A stretch of 64,000 bases of DNA. Source: an uncultured Acidobacteriota bacterium (GTDB lineage: Bacteria > Acidobacteriota > Vicinamibacteria > Vicinamibacterales > JAFNAJ01). The notes beneath the pieces are model-generated. The model was given only the letters and a program-made list of their open reading frames with translations, had not been told where the DNA came from and ran no database searches. The position numbers were made by a program, and so were the translations under genes. Location: NCBI GenBank assembly GCA_963697285.1, contig CAVONI010000003.1, positions 99,693 through 163,692 on the forward strand. The letters run 5' to 3'. Shown here one piece after another: positions 17,194-27,013 of this stretch (the first letter of the stretch is position 1; the number at the start of each line of letters is the position of its first letter).

Positions 17194-19719
17194 GTGCGGA
17201 GCCTGCCCATGTTCGACGTCATCCTCAACGACCTGCGCGTGGCTGGCCGTATCCTCGCCAAGGACAAGGGGTTCATCGCGCTGGCCGTGTTCGTGATGGC
17301 GCTTGGCATCTGCGCCGTCACGACGATGTTCGCGGTCGTCAACGGGGCGATGATCCGGGGCTTCTCGTTCCCCAACGCCGCGCGGATGACCAGCGTCACG
17401 TTCATCGATCCCACCACGGTGACCTACTTCGGCGCCGCCACCCAGACCTTCTCGGCCGACTACGAGGAGTTCGTCGACGAGCAGCGGTCATTCGAACTGA
17501 TGGCCGCGTACCTCAATGGTTCGACGGTCAACCTCACCGCCGACGGCCAGGCACGCCGCTATAGCGGCGCCTACGTCACCGAGCACTTCTTCCGCATCCT
17601 GGGCGTCGGGCCGGCCATGGGGCGCGACTTCACGCCCGCCGACAACCAGCGCGGCGCCGAACCGGTCGTGCTGGTGAGCCACGGCCTCTGGCAGCGGGAC
17701 TTCGGCGGCGCCTCCGACATCGTCGGCAAGCGCATCCGGCTGAACGGCAAGCCTGCGACGGTCGTCGGCGTGATGCCGCAGGGGTTTCTCTTCCCCGACA
17801 AGGAAGAGCTCTGGATCCCGCTCTACACCGAGTTCCCCGTCACCGCACGGAACGATCCGCAGGCCAACAACCCGAACGTCATCGGCCTGATCCGCCCGGA
17901 CGTCTCGGTCGAGCAGGCGCAGGCAGAGTTCACCGGCTTCGCACAGCGCTTCGCGCAGGCGTATCCCGACACCAACAAGCAGTTCAACGCCGCGCAGGTC
18001 GAGCCCCTCATCCGGACGATGACGCCGCCCCCGATCCGCGGGCTGCTGCTGACGATGCTGGCGTGTTGCGTGGGGGTGCTGCTGATCGCGTGCGTCAACG
18101 TGATGAACATGCAGTTCGCGCGGGCCACGTTGCGCACGAAGGAACTCGCCGTGCGCGCGTCGCTCGGCGCCACCCGCCTCAGGCTCGTGCGGCTGATGCT
18201 GACCGAGAGCGTGCTGGTAGCGGCCATGGGCGCCCTGCTCGGCATCGGGCTCGCCTACCTCGCCACCGGGTGGGTGGACCAGGCCTTCAGGATCGACGAC
18301 AACGGGCCGCCCGGGTGGATGGTGTTTGCGCTCGACGGCCGCTCGCTCGTCGTCACCGTCATTGCGACCGCGATCGCCGCACTCGTCTCGGGATTGCTGC
18401 CGGCATGGATGTCGTCGCGTGCCAATCCGGCCGCCACGCTGGCCGAGGCGGCGCGCGGCAACACGGGCGGACGTGTCGGCCTGCTCACGCGCGGCCTCGT
18501 CGTGTGCCAGATCGTGATGACGTGCGTGCTGCTGATCGGATCGATCCTGCAGGCACGCTCGATCTTCAACCAGCAGGCCATCGACTACGGCTACGACACC
18601 GGCAGCATTCTGTCGGCGCGCATGGGGCTGATGGACGGCGACTATCCGACGCCCGCGGCGCGCAAGGCGTTCTACGATCGGCTGCTGCGTGACCTGCGCG
18701 ACTCGGGGCAGTTCGAGTCGGTCGCGCTGAGCAGCCGGTTGCGCATGACGTTCGGCGGATTCGGGCCGGTCGAGATCGAGGGCGCCACGTATCGCGAGCG
18801 GCGAGATCGCACGAACGCGAACTACGAGCAGGTGACCGACGGCTACTTCTCGCTCATGGGCCAGCGGCTGATCGAAGGGCGCGACTTCACGAACGAGGAT
18901 GTGGATGCGAAGGCCCCCGTCGCGATCGTGAACGCCGACTTCGCGCAGAGGCACTTCGGGCGCCAGAGCGCACTGGGACGACGGTTCCGCACCGGCGACG
19001 GCAGCACGCCGCAATACGGCCCGTGGCGGACGATCGTCGGCGTCGTCTCGACCGTGCGCATGTCGGGTCCCTTCAACAACCAGCGCGTCGACCTCACCGG
19101 GTTCTACGTGCCGTTCTACGCGTCGCCGTTCGGGCCGGCCCCGGCCGAGCCGTTCGTGAGCCAGTTCGCAACGGTGCTGGTGACGCCGCGCGGTGGGCAA
19201 CAGCCCGAGGCGCTGATCCAGGAACTTCGACGCCAGGTGAGCAAGGCCGACGCGAACCTGCCGTTGTATTTCGTGGGCACGCCGAAGCACCACCTCGCCA
19301 GCGCGACGTCGGTGAACCGCGTGATTGCGATCATGTTCAGCGCCTTCGGCGTCGTCGCCATGGTGCTGGCGGCGGTTGGGATCTACGGTGTGATGTCGTT
19401 CTCGGTGAGCCAGCGCACGCAGGAAATCGGCGTGCGGATGGCGCTCGGCGCCGATCAGTCACGGATCCTTGGGATGGTGTTGCGCCAGGGCTCGCGGCAG
19501 GTGGCATTCGGCCTGGGACTGGGCCTGGTGCTTTCGCTCGCGGTCGCCACCCTGCTCCGCGACGGCATCAGCAACATGCTGTTCGGCGTGAGCGCCAGCG
19601 ACCCGCTGACGTACGTCGCGGTGACGCTCCTCATCGTCGCGGTGTCGGCGCTGGCCGTGCTCGTCCCCGCGCAACGCGCCACGCGCGTCGAGCCCATGAC
19701 CGCCCTCCGCCTGGAGTAG
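17194..19719 (+). CDS. ADOP-family (duplicated FtsX/MacB-like) ABC transporter permease
   Basis: ~840 aa with two MacB_PCD/FtsX units. N-terminus ...LNDLRVAGRILAKDKGF and C-terminus ...QRATRVEPMTALRLE are typical. The likely start is the ATG at 17209. Confidence 0.85.
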   Translation: MRSLPMFDVILNDLRVAGRILAKDKGFIALAVFVMALGICAVTTMFAVVNGAMIRGFSFPNAARMTSVTFIDPTTVTYFGAATQTFSADYEEFVDEQRSFELMAAYLNGSTVNLTADGQARRYSGAYVTEHFFRILGVGPAMGRDFTPADNQRGAEPVVLVSHGLWQRDFGGASDIVGKRIRLNGKPATVVGVMPQGFLFPDKEELWIPLYTEFPVTARNDPQANNPNVIGLIRPDVSVEQAQAEFTGFAQRFAQAYPDTNKQFNAAQVEPLIRTMTPPPIRGLLLTMLACCVGVLLIACVNVMNMQFARATLRTKELAVRASLGATRLRLVRLMLTESVLVAAMGALLGIGLAYLATGWVDQAFRIDDNGPPGWMVFALDGRSLVVTVIATAIAALVSGLLPAWMSSRANPAATLAEAARGNTGGRVGLLTRGLVVCQIVMTCVLLIGSILQARSIFNQQAIDYGYDTGSILSARMGLMDGDYPTPAARKAFYDRLLRDLRDSGQFESVALSSRLRMTFGGFGPVEIEGATYRERRDRTNANYEQVTDGYFSLMGQRLIEGRDFTNEDVDAKAPVAIVNADFAQRHFGRQSALGRRFRTGDGSTPQYGPWRTIVGVVSTVRMSGPFNNQRVDLTGFYVPFYASPFGPAPAEPFVSQFATVLVTPRGGQQPEALIQELRRQVSKADANLPLYFVGTPKHHLASATSVNRVIAIMFSAFGVVAMVLAAVGIYGVMSFSVSQRTQEIGVRMALGADQSRILGMVLRQGSRQVAFGLGLGLVLSLAVATLLRDGISNMLFGVSASDPLTYVAVTLLIVAVSALAVLVPAQRATRVEPMTALRLE

Positions 19720-19740
19720 GGGCCGCGCCCCGCGCGGCCC
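19716..19740. repeat. REP-like element copy (gtaggggccgcgccccgcgcggccc) that contains the permease stop codon
   Basis: The TAG stop (19717-19719) of the ADOP gene is the TAG of the GTAGGGGC repeat head. Confidence 0.55.
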
Positions 19741-19815
19741 TGAGCCTGTCGAAGGGCGCGGCCCGGCGCCCCAACACCCCCCGCCTGCCCTGAGCCTGTC
19801 GAAGGGCGCGGCCCG
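19738..19815. repeat. two direct copies of a 28-nt unit (ccctgagcctgtcgaagggcgcggcccg), 50-bp period
   Basis: Exact copies at 19738-19765 and 19788-19815. Confidence 0.55.
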
Positions 19816-19876
19816 CTACGCGCACGCCTCGGCAGCGACCGCCGACACGGCTGAGCCTTGCGGCGCGCCGTGCACC

Positions 19877-19882
19877 TATAAT
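19877..19882 (+). promoter_or_regulatory. possible -10 box (TATAAT) upstream of the ECF sigma gene
   Basis: A perfect TATAAT in otherwise GC-rich DNA, 68 nt upstream of the sigma start. No convincing -35 at 17 nt spacing. Confidence 0.25.
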
Positions 19883-19949
19883 CCATCCTGACTCCCAGTC
19901 ATCTCGAGCGACACGCCGAGCTCCAGCGGCGATCGCTGAGGAGCATCCA

Positions 19950-20546
19950 GTGGAGATGGACGCGGCTCCGGACGTCACGCGCCTGCTGCTCGCCCATCGG
20001 GCGGGCGATCCGGAGGCCTTCGACCGCCTCGTGTCGCTCGTCTACCGCGAGTTGCGCCAGATCGCGCGCCGGTTGCTCGCGCACGACACGGCACGCACGC
20101 TGACCGCCACGGCGGTCGTGCACGAAGCGTGGATGCAGTTGTCGGCGGGCGCTCCCATCCCGTGGCACAGCCGTGCGCACTTCTTCGGCATCGCGGCACG
20201 TGCCATGCGCCACATCGTCGTCGACGATGCCCGGCGCCGCGGCGCGCAGAAACGCGGAGGCGATCGCGAGCGGATCACGCTCGTGCCGGATCGACTGGCG
20301 GCGCCGTCTCCCAGCGACACGGTGCTCGCCGTCGACCAGCTGCTGCAGCACCTTGCGGCCGTCAACCGGCGGCTCGTTGACGTCGCTGAATGCAAGCTGT
20401 TCGCGGGGCTCACCGACGGCGAGGTCGCCGAGTCGCTCGGGATCCCGGTACGGACGGTACAGCGCGACTGGCAGCGCGCGCGGGCGTGGCTGCAGCGAGG
20501 CCTGGCCGGCAACGGCCACGAGACCCTCGATGGCGCCCCTGACTGA
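19950..20546 (+). CDS. ECF-type RNA polymerase sigma factor (kinase-associated ECF subgroup)
   Basis: DVTRLLLAHRAGDPEAFDRLVSLVYRELRQIARRLL... and TLTATAVVHEAWMQL... match the ECF family usually encoded next to Ser/Thr kinases in Acidobacteria and Planctomycetes. Sigma-4 HTH region LTDGEVAESLGIPVRTVQRDW. Confidence 0.85.
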   Translation: MEMDAAPDVTRLLLAHRAGDPEAFDRLVSLVYRELRQIARRLLAHDTARTLTATAVVHEAWMQLSAGAPIPWHSRAHFFGIAARAMRHIVVDDARRRGAQKRGGDRERITLVPDRLAAPSPSDTVLAVDQLLQHLAAVNRRLVDVAECKLFAGLTDGEVAESLGIPVRTVQRDWQRARAWLQRGLAGNGHETLDGAPD

Positions 20547-23010
20547 CGACCCCGCGCGATTGCTGGCCGTTGATCGCGCCTTCGACGACGTGCTCGACCT
20601 CGACGTCGCGGCACGCGAGGCACGCTTGCAGGCCCTGGCAGCGGTCGATGCGCGTCTGGCGGCCGACGTTCGCGAACTGCTCCATCAGGCCGAACACCCC
20701 GATGCGCGCCTTGAACCGGCGCAGTTGGGCAGGCACGCGTGGCAGGCTGCCGACGAGGCACTGCGCAGCGCCAGCGCGACGCCACTCGACACGATCGAGG
20801 GCTACCGCCTGTTGAGCCGCATCGGGCGTGGGGGTATGGCGACGGTCTGGCTCGCCGAGCGGACGGATCGCCCGTTCGTGCAGCGCGTCGCCCTCAAGGT
20901 GGTCGAGGCCACGGGTGACCCCGATGCCGCGCAGCGCTTCGCGCGCGAACGCGACATCCTCGCGACGCTGGATCACCCGTCGATCGCGCGGTTGCTCGAT
21001 GCGGGCGTCGCGCAGGGCGATCGGGCGTGGATTGCCATGGAGTTCATCAGGGGTGAACCGATCGACGTCTCGTGCGATCGTCGCCGGCTGCCGGTCGCCG
21101 CGCGCGTCGCCCTGGTCGAGCAGGCAGCGAGGGCCGTGGCCCACGCGCACGCGCACCTGGTCGTGCACCGCGACCTCAAGCCGTCGAACCTTCTCGTCAC
21201 CTCCGACGGGCGGGTGAAGCTCCTGGACTTCGGCATCGCGCGGCTGCTCGACGAGGGCACGCAGGGAGCGGCGGGTTCGGGCTCCACGCCGACCCTGGCG
21301 GTGGCACTCACGCCCGAGTACGCAAGCCCGGAGCAGTTGCGGGGTGGCCCGGTGACGACGGCCTCAGACGTCTACCAACTCGGCGTCCTGCTGTACGAAC
21401 TGCTCACCGGACACAGGCCGCACGGCGCAACGCGGGGATCGCTCGCGGAGGTCGTGCGGAGGGTGTGCGACGACGACCCGGTCGCACCCAGCACTGCCGC
21501 GATCGCGTCGGCGAGCGATCATGCCACGCGCCTGCAGATCGCCGCCAGGCGCCGCACCTCGCCGCGGGCACTCGCCGATGCCCTCCGCGGTGACCTCGAC
21601 CACATCGTCTTGCGAGCGCTCAACCGCGAGCCCTCGCGGCGCTACGCATCGGCCGATGCGCTGGCCGACGATCTCGAGCGCTACCGGCTCGGCCTGCCTG
21701 TCAACGCGAGGCGAGGCACGGCCCTGTATCGCGCACGCAAGTTCGCCGGTCGCCACCGGACGGGGGTGGCTGCGGCTGCGGTGGCGGTGACCGTGCTCGC
21801 GGGGTACGCGGTCTTGTCGACGATCCAGGCGCAGCGCCTCGCGCAACAGGTGGAACGTACCGAGCGTGTGAAGGCGTTTCTCGCGAGCCTCTTTGTCGTG
21901 TCGAACCCCGGCGTCTCGCGGGGCGAGCAACTGACGGCCCGGGAACTCCTCGATCGCGGCTCCCAACGCATCGACGCGGAACTGCGTGACGACCCGGACA
22001 GCCGCGCCGAGTTGCTCTCGACCCTCGGCTCGGTCTACGCGACGCTCGGGCTCTTCGACCGGGCGGCACCGCTGCTGCGCACCGCGCTCGACCTCATGGA
22101 CGCCGCGGCGGGCCCTGCCGGGCAGCGGGTGGAAACCGGCCTGATGCTCGGGCGGGCGCTGCATTACGCGGGGCGGTTCGACGAGGGCGAACGTCACCTC
22201 CGCGACGCGGTGCAGCTCGCGCGCACGGCACTCGATTCACGCAGCGAACTCGCCACAGAAGCGGCGCGCGACCTCGGCAGCCTTCTGCAGACGCGTGGCG
22301 CACTCGACGAGGCCGAGCAGTTGCTCGAGGAGGTGGTCGCGATTCGTGCGAGCTTCGCGTCCACGGTCGGCGACAGCCTCGCAACGCCGCTTCGCAACCT
22401 CGCAGACGTGCTCGTCGACCGGGGCGACCTCGATCGCGCCGAAGCGCTGTATCGGCGGTCGAGCGACGAGGCGCGTCGGCGGCTCGGGCCCGACGACCCG
22501 ATCCTCGCAATGAGCGAAGACTCGCTCGGACGGTTGCTGGTGCGGCGCGGGCGCCACGACGATGCCGAGCGCGTGCTCGTCGCGAACCTGGCCCGCCGGA
22601 AGGCCCTGTACCGCGAGACGCATCCGGCCGTGGCGATGAGCCTGCACCATCTGGGCGAACTGCGTGTCGCCCAGGGCCGCATGGACGAGGCCGAACCCCT
22701 GCTCCGCGACGCGCTCGCGATGTACATCTCGCTGATCGGGGCGCATCACTTCGTCGTGTCGAGCGTCGAGGTGGCACTGGCACGGGTCGCGTTGGCACGC
22801 GGGCTGGTGCACGAGGCCAGGCGGCTGACGTCGCAGGCCGTCGAACGCATCACCTCAGCCGGCCTGGCCACGCATCCGGCGCTCGCCGACGCGCTCTTGG
22901 CGCACGGCGACGTCCTCGAACGGTTGGGCCTCGGCCCCGAAGCAGCCAGGGCACGCGCCCGCGCGGCAGACATCCAGGCACTCAACCAGCGTCGTCGCAG
23001 CCGCCTGTGA
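20530..23010 (+). CDS. Ser/Thr protein kinase with one TM segment and a C-terminal TPR array
   Basis: The ATG at 20530 overlaps the sigma gene by 17 nt. Hanks kinase motifs (VALKVV, HRDLKPSNLLV, DFGIARLL, TPEYASPEQ), TM segment GVAAAAVAVTVLAGYAVL, then about 400 aa of TPR-like repeats. Confidence 0.85.
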   Translation: MAPLTDDPARLLAVDRAFDDVLDLDVAAREARLQALAAVDARLAADVRELLHQAEHPDARLEPAQLGRHAWQAADEALRSASATPLDTIEGYRLLSRIGRGGMATVWLAERTDRPFVQRVALKVVEATGDPDAAQRFARERDILATLDHPSIARLLDAGVAQGDRAWIAMEFIRGEPIDVSCDRRRLPVAARVALVEQAARAVAHAHAHLVVHRDLKPSNLLVTSDGRVKLLDFGIARLLDEGTQGAAGSGSTPTLAVALTPEYASPEQLRGGPVTTASDVYQLGVLLYELLTGHRPHGATRGSLAEVVRRVCDDDPVAPSTAAIASASDHATRLQIAARRRTSPRALADALRGDLDHIVLRALNREPSRRYASADALADDLERYRLGLPVNARRGTALYRARKFAGRHRTGVAAAAVAVTVLAGYAVLSTIQAQRLAQQVERTERVKAFLASLFVVSNPGVSRGEQLTARELLDRGSQRIDAELRDDPDSRAELLSTLGSVYATLGLFDRAAPLLRTALDLMDAAAGPAGQRVETGLMLGRALHYAGRFDEGERHLRDAVQLARTALDSRSELATEAARDLGSLLQTRGALDEAEQLLEEVVAIRASFASTVGDSLATPLRNLADVLVDRGDLDRAEALYRRSSDEARRRLGPDDPILAMSEDSLGRLLVRRGRHDDAERVLVANLARRKALYRETHPAVAMSLHHLGELRVAQGRMDEAEPLLRDALAMYISLIGAHHFVVSSVEVALARVALARGLVHEARRLTSQAVERITSAGLATHPALADALLAHGDVLERLGLGPEAARARARAADIQALNQRRRSRL

Positions 23011-23121
23011 CGCTGGACACCCTCGCCGAGCCGGGCCGCGCCACGTGGTGGCGGTCTTCGTGCGTCGATTACGCATGGACCTGTGGGCGCCGGTGTGACG
23101 CGTGCGCCGAGGGAGACGAAC

Positions 23122-24933
23122 ATGACGTGCAGAACGACGATGGAGGTGGGCGTCGACGGCCGACGCCGCCGTGCACCCCGGCTGGTCACGCCGATCGCGT
23201 CGATGGTCATGCTGGGGATGCTGCTGGCTCCACCGGCGCGAACGGCCGAGGCCTCTTCCGACGGGGATGGTCGCCCGCGGCCGCGACCCTCATCGATCGA
23301 CGACACGGCACGGCGCGTGGCCGAGATGCTGCGAGCATCACGGCCACGCGTGGAACTGCCGCTCGCGCAGGCCCCTCCAGACGAGCCGCTCGCGCGCTCG
23401 ATGGCATGGGAAGACCTCGACGACACGCTCGAGGCCATCGATCGCTGGCTGGCATCCGACGATGCGGCGACCGGTCGTGCGCTGGCCTTCCGCAATCTCG
23501 TCACGGCGTCGCGGCGCACGGCAGGTGGCGCGTACGACGCGATGGTGCAGGTGCGCACAGACTTCGCCGGCGCGCTGCGGCAGCTCGAGCAGGCCGTGCG
23601 CGTGTTGACGGCGGCGCGCACCGTGGTTCGGGCCGGCAGTCCTGGCGCCGCGTGGGCAGACCAGATCATGAATCAGCTGACGGCCGTCGGTGCGCGTCTC
23701 GCTGAAGACGGCCTGCTGCGCGCGCGCATGGGCGGCGTCGATCCGCAGCGCATCGATCGCGCCGCGCGCGCGCTGGCCGAGGGGCTCGACTTCAAGGCAC
23801 GTGGCGACTACGTCAACGCCTTCGACGGGTTCGCCGACGGCCTGACGGTCGGAGCGGTTCCGCAATTCGATCTCGACCTGTTCGAGGACAACCTCGACGA
23901 CGTGTTCGATCCGGAGACGGTGGGGTTCCAGTACGCGATCGCCAGGAACGGGGTGCTCGAGCGCGTCAGCGAGTACGGCCAGACGGGCCTGGCCCGCACC
24001 AATGCCGACGTGCCGCAGGAATCGCAGGTCGGCACCAAGGAGATCAACATCGCGAGCATCAGCAAGCCGCTCACGGCGATGGTGCTGCTGCACCTGCTCG
24101 ACGATCGCAACGTCGACATCGACAGCCCGATTGCTCCGTGGCTGCCGGCCGATTGGGTGCTGGGGCCGAACATGGCGCAGTTGACCTTCCGCGAGTTGCT
24201 GACGCACACCAGCGGCCTGAATGCGAACCTCAACTCCGACTACCGGTATGACGATCTGCGCGACTACGCCGAAGCCGGCATCAATCCGGCCGACAAGACG
24301 TTCAAGTACCAGAACGCCAACTTCGCGATGTTCCGCGTGGCGATTCCCTACCTCCGCTTCGGGGCGAACGGGGTTGACGGCATCGCGGCGCTGGTGCCGT
24401 TTGCCCCCTTCGCAGAAGTGATCGCCGGGATCTACATCGAGACGGTGCGCGAGATCGCGTTTGCGCCGACGGGCTTCGTCGAGGCCGGGTGCGTCCCGAG
24501 CGACCCCACACCAACGATGTACTATCCGCAGCCGCCCAACGGGCAGGCCGGTCTACCGCCAGGCGACTGGATCACGCAGTGCGGCAGCGGCGGGTGGTAC
24601 ATGTCGAGCGTCGAGCTGGTCGGCGTGATGGCGTTCAGGCGCTACTCGAACATGATCCTCTCGCCGGCCATGCGCCAGGCGATGGACTTCGGTTTCCTGG
24701 GCTGGATGAACCCGGCGCGGTCGGGATACGGGTTCGCGAAGGGCCTCTACGGCGTCTATCGCACACACGGGGGCGACCTGACCAACGCGCTCGACGCGTG
24801 CTACATGGAGTTCTTCAACGACGTGCAGGTGGCGGTGATCGCGAACTCGGCCGATGGCAACTACCTCGGCAACGGCAGCTACCAGTGCTCGGGGCTCAAG
24901 TGGGCCTTCGAGAACGCGTTCGTCGTGCCTTGA
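23122..24933 (+). CDS. serine hydrolase (class C beta-lactamase / PBP-like fold) with ~270-aa N-terminal helical extension
   Basis: The ATG at 23122 follows GAGGGAGA. Arg-rich signal peptide, S-x-x-K motif in IASISKPLTAMVLLHL, and downstream Tyr/His-Gly-type motifs in the beta-lactamase-like domain. Confidence 0.75.
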   Translation: MTCRTTMEVGVDGRRRRAPRLVTPIASMVMLGMLLAPPARTAEASSDGDGRPRPRPSSIDDTARRVAEMLRASRPRVELPLAQAPPDEPLARSMAWEDLDDTLEAIDRWLASDDAATGRALAFRNLVTASRRTAGGAYDAMVQVRTDFAGALRQLEQAVRVLTAARTVVRAGSPGAAWADQIMNQLTAVGARLAEDGLLRARMGGVDPQRIDRAARALAEGLDFKARGDYVNAFDGFADGLTVGAVPQFDLDLFEDNLDDVFDPETVGFQYAIARNGVLERVSEYGQTGLARTNADVPQESQVGTKEINIASISKPLTAMVLLHLLDDRNVDIDSPIAPWLPADWVLGPNMAQLTFRELLTHTSGLNANLNSDYRYDDLRDYAEAGINPADKTFKYQNANFAMFRVAIPYLRFGANGVDGIAALVPFAPFAEVIAGIYIETVREIAFAPTGFVEAGCVPSDPTPTMYYPQPPNGQAGLPPGDWITQCGSGGWYMSSVELVGVMAFRRYSNMILSPAMRQAMDFGFLGWMNPARSGYGFAKGLYGVYRTHGGDLTNALDACYMEFFNDVQVAVIANSADGNYLGNGSYQCSGLKWAFENAFVVP

Positions 24934-25041
24934 GCCGAACGGGGGTGCCCAGGTGAGGCGCGGGTCGGGCACGGCGTCGGGCGCCCCGTCGGCCGCAGCG
25001 TCGCGACATTCAGCCCGCTGAGTGAGGGGCGGCGGCCCGAC

Positions 25042-26258
25042 CTACTCGAACCGCAGGGCTTCGATGGGGTCGAGCCGCGCGGCCTTCCGCGCGGGATAGA
25101 AGCCGAAGAAGACGCCGGTGATGGCCGAGCAGGCGAACGCGAGCGCGACCGCATCGGTCGAGATCGTCGTCGGCCACTCGAGGAGCCGCGTGACCGCCGT
25201 TGAGACGCCGACGCCGAGCGCGATGCCCACGATGCCGCCAGCCAGGCTCAGCACGATCGCCTCGACGAGGAACTGCAGCAGGACGTCGCGGCCGCGTGCG
25301 CCGAGCGACATGCGCAGGCCGATCTCGCGCGTCCGCTCGGTGACCGACACGAGCATGATGTTCATGATGCCGATGCCGCCGACGATGAGCGAGACGCCGG
25401 CGATGCTGGCGAGCAGGGCGCCCATGGTCTTCGTCGACTCGGTGCGGACCGCCGCCATCTCCTCGAGCGTGCGGACCATGAAGTCGTCGGTGTCGCCCTG
25501 GTAGATGTTGTGCCGGGCGCGCAGCAGGCTGGTCACGCCACCGGCAACGCCTGCCACCGCGCCGGCTGAGGCCGCCGAGATCGTCATCCCGTTGATGTGG
25601 GTGATGCCGAGCAGCTTCTTCTGCACGGTCGTGTACGGCACATACACCGCGTCGTCCTGGTCTTCGCCTCCGGTGCCCTGGCCCTTGCTCGACATGACGC
25701 CGATCACCTTGAAGGGCTGGTTGCGGATTCTGATCGTCTGGCCCGTGGGATCGGCGTCCTCGCCGTAGAGCGTGTCGCGCACGACCTTGCCCAGCACGGC
25801 GACCTTGGCAGCGCTGTTCACGTCCTGAACCGTGAAGAACGCGCCGTACTGGACGGCCCACGACCTAATCAGCGGCAACTCCACGTCGGTGCCGTTCACC
25901 CGTGTCGGCCAGTTCTGGTTGCCGGCGATCACCTGCGCCCTGGTCTGCACGCTGATGGCGAAGTACTGGATGCCGGGCACCTCGTCGCGCACCGCCTGTG
26001 CGTCCTCGACGGTGAGCGTGTTGGCCGCCCCCGATCCCATGCGCACGCCGCCGGCCTGGAAGTTGCCCGACATCACGTAGATCAGGTTCGTGCCCGCCGC
26101 GCGGATCTGGCTCTCGATCGTGGAGCGGGCCCCGTTGGCCAGCGCCACCATGGCGATCACGGCAGCCACGCCGATGATCATGCCGAGCATCGTCAGCGCC
26201 GAACGGAGCTTGTTGCGGAACAGCGCCTTGAAGGCGATCCGCAGCGTCATGAGCAGTC

Positions 26259-26262
<4 letters not shown>
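25042..26262 (-). CDS. MacB-like ABC transporter permease (MacB_PCD + FtsX)
   Basis: [24 protein letters not shown]..., periplasmic core domain, FtsX C-terminus ...[18 protein letters not shown]. The start overlaps the upstream ATPase stop (ATGA). Confidence 0.85.
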
Positions 26263-27008
<746 letters not shown>

Positions 27009-27013
27009 CTCGC

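Noticed and set aside
12368-19815. CRISPR array.
   Set aside because: The repeats occur only as isolated copies, one inverted pair and one 2-copy tandem. There are no regularly spaced unique spacers and no cas genes in the window.
20173-20529. Upstream extensions of track ORFs (kinase 20173-, ATPase up to 27251, adaptor up to 28798, pilT up to 54779, pilB up to 56780, barrel ORF up to 47990, PEP-CTERM from 36326, receptor from 790 and 41549).
   Set aside because: The extended N-termini are low-complexity Arg/Pro-rich and overlap neighbouring genes. Internal starts give canonical N-termini or signal peptides and usually have a GGAG-type RBS.
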